64,000 nucleotides of DNA. Origin: an uncultured beta proteobacterium (lineage in GTDB: Bacteria; Pseudomonadota; Gammaproteobacteria; Burkholderiales; Casimicrobiaceae). This document shows positions 1 to 7,693 of the stretch, piece after piece; position 1 is the first letter of the stretch; every line of letters begins with the position of its first letter. The position numbers were made by a program, and so were the translations under genes. Where the stretch lies: NCBI GenBank assembly GCA_963819965.1, contig CAWFYA010000002.1:639108-703107 (forward strand), read 5' to 3'. Below the pieces are notes generated by a model. It was not told the origin of the DNA. It saw only the letters and a program-made list of their open reading frames with translations, and did no database searches.

Positions 1-1624
1 GCGCCGCAAGTGAGCTGATGCCGTCCACGACGGCGCGAAGGTCCGGGTGCAGGGTCCTGTCCAGACGAACGCGTTGCCCCGGCCGTCGCGCCCGCCAGCT
101 GCTCATGAAGGCGTCGCGCTCGAGCAATTCCAGGACCGCCCGGATTGCCGCCTCCGAAGGGTCGATACCGGCGGCGAGTCCGTTCGACGTGCCTTGGCAA
201 TAGTTGTGCTCCCGGCCAATGTCCATTGCGAGATAGGCTAGCACTGCCGGCACCCATACCGGTGCCCGGTCAACCAGCCACTGCCCCTGCACCCAGGGGT
301 GAGCGAGCTCAGGGTCGAAGGGGACGAACGGAAAATCGCGACTCGCATACTGACTCGCGGCATAGAGTGCGAATGCCTCGGGGTCCAGCTTCTCTCCCGC
401 AAGCTCTGCCGGCCGCGACCAGACAATGCGGCGCGAGTCGGGCATCGATGCCGAATAGCGCTCTATTGCTTCGCCAATGGCGCTGACCGTGGCGTCTTCC
501 AGCACCATCCCTTTGCCCCAGCCTGCCGGAATCGATCGCTGCGGCCCCGATGCGACCGGCGCATCGGCGGGAACGGCCGTCACGACCATCGGAACGGGAA
601 TGCCCATCGCCGCAGCGTCGTCTAGGACGATCCGGTTCAGGATTCCCGTACGAGAATCGACGAACCAGGATGCGAATTGGGCCGCCAGCATCTCCGTGGT
701 GCCCACGAATGGGAGAGCGTGACGATCGTCGGCGTTCAAACGCGCTGCCGGCGGGCCTCCGCAATCCATGCAACCAGGAACGCCCGCCACGCGATGCAAT
801 GAAGTCCGAAGCGTCGCCTTGTCGAGCACGAGTACATGCTCGCGGAGGCGCGATTCACCGTTGCCGTGAAGGAGTATCGCGCAAGCCTCGCGGGCCAGAA
901 GTGCCGTGATGACCTCGTCTATTTCGACGATCACGACGTCTCCGTGTGTCTCCTCAGCGTTCATTCCGGCATTTGCGGCCATGCGCATGGCCGCGCAATT
1001 CCAGCAAGGACTTTTTCCCGCAACCGTAACCGGACCGATCAGCGCTTCCCGGGAATGGAGGAGGCACGGGAGCGTGCGCACGCCGCAGTTGCCTGTCACC
1101 CCGTGGAATTCGGCAATTGCATCGGTCATGCCGGAGCCGAACACCCCCACGGCGAGATCAGCCACAGACAATTCGTCCCAGCTGACCGCGACGCTTCCAA
1201 CTCCCGCAGCAAGCATCGCCTTGGCCAATGTGCGTGCCATTCCTGGCTCGCCGACGACGCTAACGCGGGAATCGCCTAGCCTGAGGCTGCGTTCCGACTT
1301 CAGCAATGCCGGGAGGGCACGCGACGGCGCGTCGATCAAGAGGCCGTTCTCACGCAGTGCGTCGAGCAACTCCTGCAGCTCGGAGCAAGCGATCTCCGGC
1401 ATCGCAGCGCACAAGTCGGTCGCTGTCCGCGTGCCGTCGAGCAGGGGGAAAATCGATTTCACCACTCTGTCTGCATCGGGGCCTTCGAGTAGCAACGCGG
1501 CCGATCCGGAGTAGACGGCAACACCCACACCCGTCGCTACCGTTACGACGTCACCGGGAACGCTGAGGTAGGAGTCGGTGACTGGCGCCAGGACGAATTC
1601 TCGCAGGATTGAAACGGGGACCAC
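1..1624 (-). CDS. TOMM-type RRE/E1-like (ThiF)-YcaO cyclodehydratase fusion, 3' end outside window; not in ORF track
   Basis: Manual minus-strand translation is open from GTG 1624 to position 2 (541 codons, no stop). It shows an RRE-like N-terminus (IFPLLDGTRTATDL), E1-like Zn pairs (IGPVTVAGKSPCWNC...HRVAGVPGCMDCG) and YcaO motifs (GWGKG...SAIGEAIERYS; QGTSNGLAAG...AVLELLERDAF). Start codon uncertain. Confidence 0.9.
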   Translation of the reverse strand, partial: MVPVSILREFVLAPVTDSYLSVPGDVVTVATGVGVAVYSGSAALLLEGPDADRVVKSIFPLLDGTRTATDLCAAMPEIACSELQELLDALRENGLLIDAPSRALPALLKSERSLRLGDSRVSVVGEPGMARTLAKAMLAAGVGSVAVSWDELSVADLAVGVFGSGMTDAIAEFHGVTGNCGVRTLPCLLHSREALIGPVTVAGKSPCWNCAAMRMAANAGMNAEETHGDVVIVEIDEVITALLAREACAILLHGNGESRLREHVLVLDKATLRTSLHRVAGVPGCMDCGGPPAARLNADDRHALPFVGTTEMLAAQFASWFVDSRTGILNRIVLDDAAAMGIPVPMVVTAVPADAPVASGPQRSIPAGWGKGMVLEDATVSAIGEAIERYSASMPDSRRIVWSRPAELAGEKLDPEAFALYAASQYASRDFPFVPFDPELAHPWVQGQWLVDRAPVWVPAVLAYLAMDIGREHNYCQGTSNGLAAGIDPSEAAIRAVLELLERDAFMSSWRARRPGQRVRLDRTLHPDLRAVVDGISSLAA

Positions 1625-1649
1625 GCGCGAAGCATTTCGCGGGGTCCCC
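1616..1649. other. Imperfect GC-rich stem-loop between the 83-aa gene and the YcaO gene
   Basis: GGGGACC pairs with GGTCCCC and CGCGAA pairs with TTCGCG; no U-tract; overlaps the putative YcaO start region. Confidence 0.55.
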
Positions 1650-1700
1650 GGATGGCCACGCCCGAATTGCGGTGGCCGGGCAGGACACAGAATCGATCGT

Positions 1701-1952
1701 CTATTGACCGGAGAGTTTCTTGGCGTTCTTCTCCAGCATGGCCAAGCCCTTCATCGTCATGTCGACCTGCACTTGCGCGACGTCCACCTGCATCTCGACC
1801 AGGCGGAACACGGCTGGCGTTGTAATTCCCTTGATGATTTCCCAGAACCGAAGGCGATCTTCCTCGCTTCCACCGAGGAGTTTGAGGAGGCCGGCAGTGT
1901 CCTTCTGCAGGCGCGTGATCTTGATTTTCAATCGCTTCTCTTCGTCACCCAT
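1701..1952 (-). CDS. Small hypothetical helical protein (83 aa), candidate YcaO substrate or partner
   Basis: MGDEEKRLKIKITRLQKDTAGLLKLLGGSEEDRLRFWEIIKGITTPAVFRLVEMQVDVAQVQVDMTMKGLAMLEKNAKKLSGQ; strong SD GGAGGAATCT-ATG at 1952; ORF track 1701..2069 over-extends the start. Confidence 0.8.
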   Translation of the reverse strand: MGDEEKRLKIKITRLQKDTAGLLKLLGGSEEDRLRFWEIIKGITTPAVFRLVEMQVDVAQVQVDMTMKGLAMLEKNAKKLSGQ

Positions 1953-2105
1953 AGATTCCTCCAAGGTTAAAGAACATACCCAGAGTTCACCTACCGAACC
2001 CATGGCTAAGATGCGCTTCGTGTCTGGGCTTGTCAACCTGGACACTACAACTGAGGGCGCGCGACGCACCGGAAGTCGCCCGCGTTGAGCATCCGCACGA
2101 AGCCA

Positions 2106-2576
2106 TCATGATCGCAATGTAGCAATGAGGCGCTTCGGATGCTGAAGGAGTCCGAACGCATCGAGGATGTCCACTGCGATGACGTCGGCACAGTTCAGCG
2201 ATTCGACCGCGCCGCCTTCTCGTTGGAGGAGACCAACGCCGACAGCCGCGGCCGCAAGCATTTTCCGGTCGTTTCGCCCGTTGCCGATGGCGAAGACCTG
2301 GTCAGCATTGAGACTCTCGACGAAATCCAGTTTACGGTCTGCCTGCCCGGCACGCGGAATGATGATGAGCTCCACCGGCAGGCCGGCGAGCTGCTCCATG
2401 GCAAGGCCAAACGTATCGGCTGTGACAACGTGTATATGTATCGTGCCGGCCAGCGCATGGATGGCTTCTGCGACACCGGGGAGCAGCCCGCCATCCACGG
2501 CGAGGGTCCCGTTGTAATCGGCGACCAGGTGCTCAAGGCGGAGGTCGCCAAAGCCCGGAATATCGACGGCGATCAT
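2106..2576 (-). CDS. HAD-superfamily hydrolase (soluble P-type ATPase-like, COG4087 type)
   Basis: Motifs VADYNGTLAVDG, VVTADTFG, AIGNGRNDRKML; SD GGAGAG before MIAVDIPG at 2576. Confidence 0.85.
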   Translation of the reverse strand: MIAVDIPGFGDLRLEHLVADYNGTLAVDGGLLPGVAEAIHALAGTIHIHVVTADTFGLAMEQLAGLPVELIIIPRAGQADRKLDFVESLNADQVFAIGNGRNDRKMLAAAAVGVGLLQREGGAVESLNCADVIAVDILDAFGLLQHPKRLIATLRS

Positions 2577-2694
2577 GGACTCTCCATGCCCAGCCAGATC
2601 GACAACCAGGTGGCGATCATTGCCAATCCCACCCAAGTGCGGCCAGCGCGAAGGTGCCGGTCCCGTCGAACATTCGAGACGACGAATTGTCCGG

Positions 2695-3021
2695 TCAAGC
2701 ATCCCCAATGAGGATCAGCTCCGTCGGCGTACGCGTGCAGAGCATGTGGATCTTCTCCTCGCGGGCCATGCCAATCAGCCGGTCAGCTTCCTCTCCACTC
2801 ACCAGAAATTCCACCATCACAGGCAAAACCTCGGGAAGCTCAAAGAATCGTTGCTCGTGAATGACCCCATGGCGGCCGTACCCGGCGACCGCAATGAACG
2901 CCGAGCCGCCATGGATGCCCATTGCCTTGGCCTTCGCCAGTAGCCATTCGAAAAGCACCGTCTTGTATTTGTGGTGGCGACGAGTCTCGTGGACATAGAA
3001 TCTGAGCGCTACGGCGTTCAT
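2695..3021 (-). CDS. DUF190 family (PII-like) protein
   Basis: MNAVALRFYVHE...GIHGGSAFIAVAGYGRHG...LPVMVEF; SD AGGAGG; typical crcB neighbour; start overlaps crcB stop. Confidence 0.85.
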   Translation of the reverse strand: MNAVALRFYVHETRRHHKYKTVLFEWLLAKAKAMGIHGGSAFIAVAGYGRHGVIHEQRFFELPEVLPVMVEFLVSGEEADRLIGMAREEKIHMLCTRTPTELILIGDA

Positions 3022-3251
3022 TGCAATGCCCTCCTGTGCACAGGTTGAGCGACAGCGATTCCTGCGGCAGCGAGCAGCAGCGAACCGGCGACATGAATGG
3101 CGACCACGCCCATCAACAGGCCACCACATAGATTGGCGGTCACCGTTCCGAGCGGAACGGTCGGATATGCAGGTTGACGCGCCACGCTCAATCCCCAGCG
3201 CAGCCAAGCGCCAAAGGGCGCGCCGATGCCGATCGCTGCGAATGCTCCCAT
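3018..3251 (-). pseudogene. crcB: Fluoride channel CrcB/FluC with in-frame internal deletion (77 aa)
   Basis: N-terminal Fluc helices (AIGIGAPFGAWLRWGL, PLGTVTANLCGGLLMG) are joined directly to the last helix (IHVAGSLLLAAAG); the GFxGxxTTFS signature is absent. Confidence 0.75.
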
Positions 3252-3358
3252 AAGCCAATGACCTCCGTGTCCAGTTATGGCTATACGGTCATCGTGCGAC
3301 GGGAGTTTGCTGCAAAGCTTGCTGCAGATACCCGCCCGCGGGAACACATCAAGTGCAG

Positions 3359-3371
3359 TAAACCATTGATT
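3359..3371 (-). promoter_or_regulatory. IHF consensus site just after the tRNA-Thr 3' end
   Basis: AATCAATGGTTTA matches WATCAANNNNTTR exactly. Confidence 0.55.
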
Positions 3372-3374
3372 TAT

Positions 3375-3450
3375 TGGTGCCGGCGAAGAGAGTCGAACTC
3401 CCGACCTTCGCATTACGAATGCGCTGCTCTACCAACTGAGCTACGCCGGC
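3375..3450 (-). tRNA. tRNA-Thr(CGT)
   Basis: GCCGGCGTAGCTCAGTTGGTAGAGCAGCGCATTCGTAATGCGAAGGTCGGGAGTTCGACTCTCTTCGCCGGCACCA; 76 nt, anticodon CGT, encoded CCA. Confidence 0.97.
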
Positions 3451-3508
3451 GATTGCTGCAGTTGCTGCTGGATTTGAAGCCATCCGCGCATGACGCGCGA
3501 AGCCTTCC

Positions 3509-3538
3509 ATTATAGCCGACGGGCGCGCCGGCTGCCAA
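3509..3538 (-). promoter_or_regulatory. sigma70 promoter of tRNA-Thr
   Basis: TTGGCA-18 bp-TATAAT on the minus strand upstream of the tRNA. Confidence 0.6.
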
Positions 3539-3545
3539 GCGCGGA

Positions 3546-4238
3546 CTAGGACAGGGCAGCGGGGGAGTGGCCGGAAAGGCCGGACAAGCCGGTCAGCGCG
3601 TCGATCCCGTTCCACATGATCTGCACGCCGATGCACAGGAGGATGAATGCGGACAGCCGGACTACGACGGCCGTGCCGGTGGCGCCAAGCCACTTCGACA
3701 ACCTCTCGGCGTAGCGATAGCAGAAATACACAGTCAAGCAGATCAGGATCACCCCCAGGAACGACGACAGCGACGCTGCAAGGAACGAGCGCACCGACTG
3801 GGGATGATTGGCGCCGATGGTGATCGCCACCGAGATCGAACCCGGGCCAATGGTCAGCGGCAAGGTCAGCGGATAGAACGCCTCGGTGGCGATGGTGTCG
3901 GGGTCGTGCAGGTCGTCGGCTCCCGCCTTGGTCGACACATCCGCCTTGCGCAACAAGTCCCAGGCCACCGAGCAGACAACGAGGCCGCCGGCCACCTGCA
4001 CGACCGGGATCGAGATGCCGAAGAACTCGAGTACGTACGTACCGATGAACAGCGACGCCATCAGCAGGATCAGGGAATTGATCGTGACCTTGCGCGCCAG
4101 GATCGCGCGTGTCGCATCGTTGGAATAGCGCGTCATCGCCAGGAACACCGGCATCGCGCCCAGTGGATTCACGATCGGCAATAGGGCCGCGTAGACAAGG
4201 AACACGCCCTCGGCGAAATGGCGCGGATCGATGGTCAT
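3546..4238 (-). CDS. MarC family membrane protein
   Basis: LLPIVNPLGAMPVF, FYPLTLPLTIGPGSISVAIT, six hydrophobic segments. Confidence 0.9.
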   Translation of the reverse strand: MTIDPRHFAEGVFLVYAALLPIVNPLGAMPVFLAMTRYSNDATRAILARKVTINSLILLMASLFIGTYVLEFFGISIPVVQVAGGLVVCSVAWDLLRKADVSTKAGADDLHDPDTIATEAFYPLTLPLTIGPGSISVAITIGANHPQSVRSFLAASLSSFLGVILICLTVYFCYRYAERLSKWLGATGTAVVVRLSAFILLCIGVQIMWNGIDALTGLSGLSGHSPAALS

Positions 4239-4957
4239 GGCCCCAGCTTCACAGGCATTGTGCTATCCGACGGAATCGTGGTCGACGTCGCGACTGGCAC
4301 GCCCAGTTCGCCATAAAGCGCCCTGACGCCATTCCACGCGATTTGCACGCCGATGCACAGCACGATGAACGCGGACAACCGCAAGACGACCATCAGCCGG
4401 GAGTGCCCCAGCCATTTGGCGACCTGCGCCGCGTAGCGGTAGGTCACCCATACCGTGCTCGAAATGATGACGACGCCGATGATCGCGCCGGCCAGCGCGA
4501 TCAGGATCTTGGAAATGCTCGACGAATGGTTGGCGCCGATCGTTACCGCGACCGATATTGCGCCCGGGTCGACGGTCAGCGGCAATGTGAGAGGGTAGAA
4601 CGCGCGGGCGATCGTATCGACGCTCTTCGGCGCCTCGGCGGCCGTATCCGCGGATGAGTCGTCGGTCAGCATCCGCCAGCCAAGCGAGCAAAGCACCAGT
4701 CCGCCAGCCAATTGCACCACAGGCACCGAGAGGCCAAAGAGGCGCAGCACGAAATTGCCGAAGATGAGCGACCCCAACAACAGCAGGAATGAGTTGACCG
4801 CGACCAGGCCGGACAACACGCTGCGGGTCGCGTTGTCCGAACCGCGGGTCATGGCCAGAAACATCGGAGCGCTGCCGAGGGGGTTGACGATCGGCAGAAT
4901 GGCGCCGACCACAAGCAGGACGGCGCGGAGCAGCTGTTGCAGGTCTTCGTCGAGCAT
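4235..4957 (-). CDS. MarC family membrane protein (tandem paralog)
   Basis: ILPIVNPLGSAPMF, FYPLTLPLTVDPGAISVAVT; 4-bp ATGA overlap with the downstream paralog. Confidence 0.9.
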   Translation of the reverse strand: MLDEDLQQLLRAVLLVVGAILPIVNPLGSAPMFLAMTRGSDNATRSVLSGLVAVNSFLLLLGSLIFGNFVLRLFGLSVPVVQLAGGLVLCSLGWRMLTDDSSADTAAEAPKSVDTIARAFYPLTLPLTVDPGAISVAVTIGANHSSSISKILIALAGAIIGVVIISSTVWVTYRYAAQVAKWLGHSRLMVVLRLSAFIVLCIGVQIAWNGVRALYGELGVPVATSTTIPSDSTMPVKLGP

Positions 4958-5025
4958 GCGATTACACTACCATAGCGCCTTAGCATCGTTGGTCGGGCAT
5001 TCGCGGTCCCCGATTTCCACTGCAT

Positions 5026-5805
5026 TTGGCGCCATTTGCCTGGACGTTTGAATTGCCTGCTACGCGTTCCCTGTTCGGCTTTCATGCCATCACCGCGCGC
5101 CTGCGCCAACGCGCTGACGCGGTACATGACCTCTACGTGCTGGCCGGCCGGCAGGACGCCCGGTTGCGCGACCTGATCCTGCGGGCGGAAGCCGCGCGGG
5201 TGAAGGTGCACACCGTCGACGGCGCGCGCCTCGATGCGCTGGCGGGCCATGGCCAGCATCAGGGCGTCGTCGCGGTGGTCGACGACGCGTTGCCGCACGT
5301 GACGCTCGACGACGTGCTTGAACCTGGCACCGCGCCGACCTTGCTGTTGGTACTGGACGGCGTGACCGATCCCCATAACCTGGGCGCCTGCCTGCGCAGC
5401 GCGGACGCGTTCGGGGCGCAGGCGATCATCGTTCCCAAGGATCGCGCGGTTGGCGTCAACGCCACCGTCGCCAAGGCCGCCTGCGGCGCCGCCGATACCG
5501 TTCCCGTGGTCGGGGTGACCAACCTGTCGCGGGCAATGCGGGAAATGAAGGAGCGCGGAATATGGTTGCTCGGTGCCGACGCCGGCGGCGAGAGCCTGTT
5601 TTCCGCCGACTTGAGTGGTCCGGTAGCGTGGGTCCTCGGCGCGGAGGGCGCGGGACTGCGGCGACTGACGCGCGAAAACTGCGACCGGATCGTCGGTATC
5701 CCGCTGTCGGGCAGCGTCGAGAGCCTCAACGTTTCCGTCGCGGCGGGGATTTGCCTTTATGCGACCCAGGCGGCGCGCTCGGTGTCCAGAATGAGCGTCG
5801 CCTAG
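5026..5805 (+). CDS. rlmB: 23S rRNA (guanosine-2251-2'-O)-methyltransferase RlmB
   Basis: SpoU motifs LDGVTDPHNLGACLRSA, VLGAEGAGLR, ESLNVSVA; N-terminal HQGVVA; start may be TTG 5053. Confidence 0.9.
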   Translation: MAPFAWTFELPATRSLFGFHAITARLRQRADAVHDLYVLAGRQDARLRDLILRAEAARVKVHTVDGARLDALAGHGQHQGVVAVVDDALPHVTLDDVLEPGTAPTLLLVLDGVTDPHNLGACLRSADAFGAQAIIVPKDRAVGVNATVAKAACGAADTVPVVGVTNLSRAMREMKERGIWLLGADAGGESLFSADLSGPVAWVLGAEGAGLRRLTRENCDRIVGIPLSGSVESLNVSVAAGICLYATQAARSVSRMSVA

Positions 5806-5828
5806 AACACCGCTTTCCGCGGTTCCCG

Positions 5829-5857
5829 TTGCCTTGGTCGTGCGGTACGTCTAGCAT
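5829..5857 (+). promoter_or_regulatory. Putative sigma70 promoter of the dpp operon
   Basis: TTGCCT-17 bp-TAGCAT upstream of dppA. Confidence 0.5.
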
Positions 5858-5923
5858 GGAAGGACTTTTCGCCGGCGTGAGTCGCATGCGGGCAATGAGT
5901 GAACCCATCCCAAGAGGACACGA

Positions 5924-7552
5924 ATGAACGTTGCCGCAGTTTTCGCTATTTCTTCTCCGTCCTGGAAGCGCATCGCGCTGGCTGCCGCGCTCGCCGTGAC
6001 CGCCACGGCCGTTCAGGCCAAGGGCACGCTGGTCTACTGTTCGGAAGGCAGCCCGGAGGGCTTCCAGCCGCAATTCTTCTCCACCGGCACAACGTTTGAC
6101 GCGGTGTCCGTGCCGATGTTCAACCGCCTCGTCCAGTTCGAGACCGGCACCACCAATATCGTGCCGGCGCTGGCCGAGTCATGGACGATCTCTCCCGATG
6201 GCAAGGTGTTCACCTTCAAGCTGCGCCCGGGCGTCAAGTTCCACAGCAATGCCAATTTCACGCCGACGCGCACGATGAATGCCGACGACGTGATTTTCAG
6301 CTGGGACCGGATGGCCAACGACAAGAATCCGTTCCATGGCGGCACGGGCGGGCAGACGTATGCGTACTTCGACGACATGGGCATGAAGAACATCGTCGAG
6401 AAGGTCGAGAAGGTCGATCCGATGACCGTTCGCTTTACGCTGAAGCGACCCGAGGCGCCGTTCCTCGCCGACATGGCGATGGACTTCGCGTCGATCCTCT
6501 CGCTCGAGTATTTCGAGACGATGGCCAAAAAAGGCACGCCCAACGCCGCCGACATCTTCCCGATCGGCACCGGACCCTTCGAGTTCGTGTCCTACCAGAA
6601 GGATGCGACGATCCGCTACAAGGCGTTCGACCAGCATTGGGCCGGCAGGCCGAAGGTCGACAACCTCGTGTACTCGATCACCCGCGATGCCACGGCGCGG
6701 TACGCCAAGCTGAAGACCGGCGAATGCCACGTGATGGCGTTTCCCAAGCCCGCTGACCTGGTGCAAATGAAGGCCGACCCGAACTTGAACGTGCTGCAGA
6801 AGGAAGGCCTCAACGTCGGCTACATTGCGTTCAATACGGAAAAAAAGCCCTTCGACAACAAGCTCGTGCGGCAGGCGCTGAACCTCGCGACCAACAAGGA
6901 AGCAATCCTGAAGGCGGTCTACCAGGGCCAGGGGCAGATCGCCAAGAATCCGATCCCGCCGATCCTGTGGGGTTACAACAACAGCATCAAGGACTATCCG
7001 TACGATCCGGTGAAGGCCAAGGAGCTGCTGGCCCAGGCTGGCTATCCGAACGGCTTCGAGGTCGAGCTCTGGTACCTGCCGGTAACCCGTCCCTACAATC
7101 CGGACGGCAAACGCATGGCGGAAGTGATCCAGGCGGACTGGGAGAAGATTGGCGTCAAGACCAAGCTCATCACCTACGAATGGGCGGAATACCGCAAGCG
7201 CAGCAAGACGGGCGAGCAGGGCGTGATGATGTTCGGCTGGTCCGGCGACAACGGCGACCCGGACAATTTCTTCGTCCCGCTGCTCGGTTGCGAAGCGGTC
7301 AAGGGCGGCGGCAACGTCGCGCGCTGGTGCAACAAGGCGTTCGAGGACCTGATCATCAAGGCGGCGCAGACATCGAACAAGGCCGAGCGCGCCAAGCTGT
7401 ATGAGCAGGCTCAGGTGATCTTCAAGGAAGAGGCGCCGTGGATCACGGTGGCGCATTCCGTCCGTTTCGACCCCATCCGCAAGGAAGTGATTGGGTACAA
7501 GATGGATGCGACGTCGCATCATTACTTCAACAACACCGACCTGGCGAAGTGA
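5924..7552 (+). CDS. dppA: Dipeptide ABC transporter substrate-binding protein
   Basis: Signal peptide; TLVYCSEGSPEGF, PIGTGPFEF, GWSGDNGDPDNF, PWITVAHS; SD AGAGGA. Confidence 0.92.
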   Translation: MNVAAVFAISSPSWKRIALAAALAVTATAVQAKGTLVYCSEGSPEGFQPQFFSTGTTFDAVSVPMFNRLVQFETGTTNIVPALAESWTISPDGKVFTFKLRPGVKFHSNANFTPTRTMNADDVIFSWDRMANDKNPFHGGTGGQTYAYFDDMGMKNIVEKVEKVDPMTVRFTLKRPEAPFLADMAMDFASILSLEYFETMAKKGTPNAADIFPIGTGPFEFVSYQKDATIRYKAFDQHWAGRPKVDNLVYSITRDATARYAKLKTGECHVMAFPKPADLVQMKADPNLNVLQKEGLNVGYIAFNTEKKPFDNKLVRQALNLATNKEAILKAVYQGQGQIAKNPIPPILWGYNNSIKDYPYDPVKAKELLAQAGYPNGFEVELWYLPVTRPYNPDGKRMAEVIQADWEKIGVKTKLITYEWAEYRKRSKTGEQGVMMFGWSGDNGDPDNFFVPLLGCEAVKGGGNVARWCNKAFEDLIIKAAQTSNKAERAKLYEQAQVIFKEEAPWITVAHSVRFDPIRKEVIGYKMDATSHHYFNNTDLAK

Positions 7553-7558
7553 CCTGGC

Positions 7559-7645
7559 GTCGCCCCCGCGAAAGCGGGGGCCCAGTGCCTTTGCAGTATC
7601 CCGCGCAAGGCACCGACACCGGATTCCCGCATGCGCGGGAATGAC
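7559..7645. repeat. REP-type inverted doublet between dppA and dppB
   Basis: GTCGCCCCCGCGAAAGCGGGGGCCCAG and, in opposite orientation, CCGGATTCCCGCATGCGCGGGAATGAC; each half is a hairpin. Confidence 0.75.
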
Positions 7646-7693
7646 GTTTGCAACGTGAGCAGCACTCGATCTGGTTAGCCGGGCGTCTGCATC

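Noticed and set aside
18-1970. Plus-strand ORFs of the track in the first 2 kb (e.g. 906..1514, 1578..1970)
   Set aside because: Shadows of the minus-strand YcaO and 83-aa genes, which carry the real motifs and SD.
3252-3374. Possible fluoride riboswitch upstream of crcB (fragments TGATGTGTTCCC and GATGACCGTA)
   Set aside because: The P1 stem and pseudoknot pairing of the GGCGAUGGUGUUCGCC...GCUGAUGACGCCUAC consensus cannot be formed; at most a decayed remnant. A cmsearch with RF01734 would settle it.
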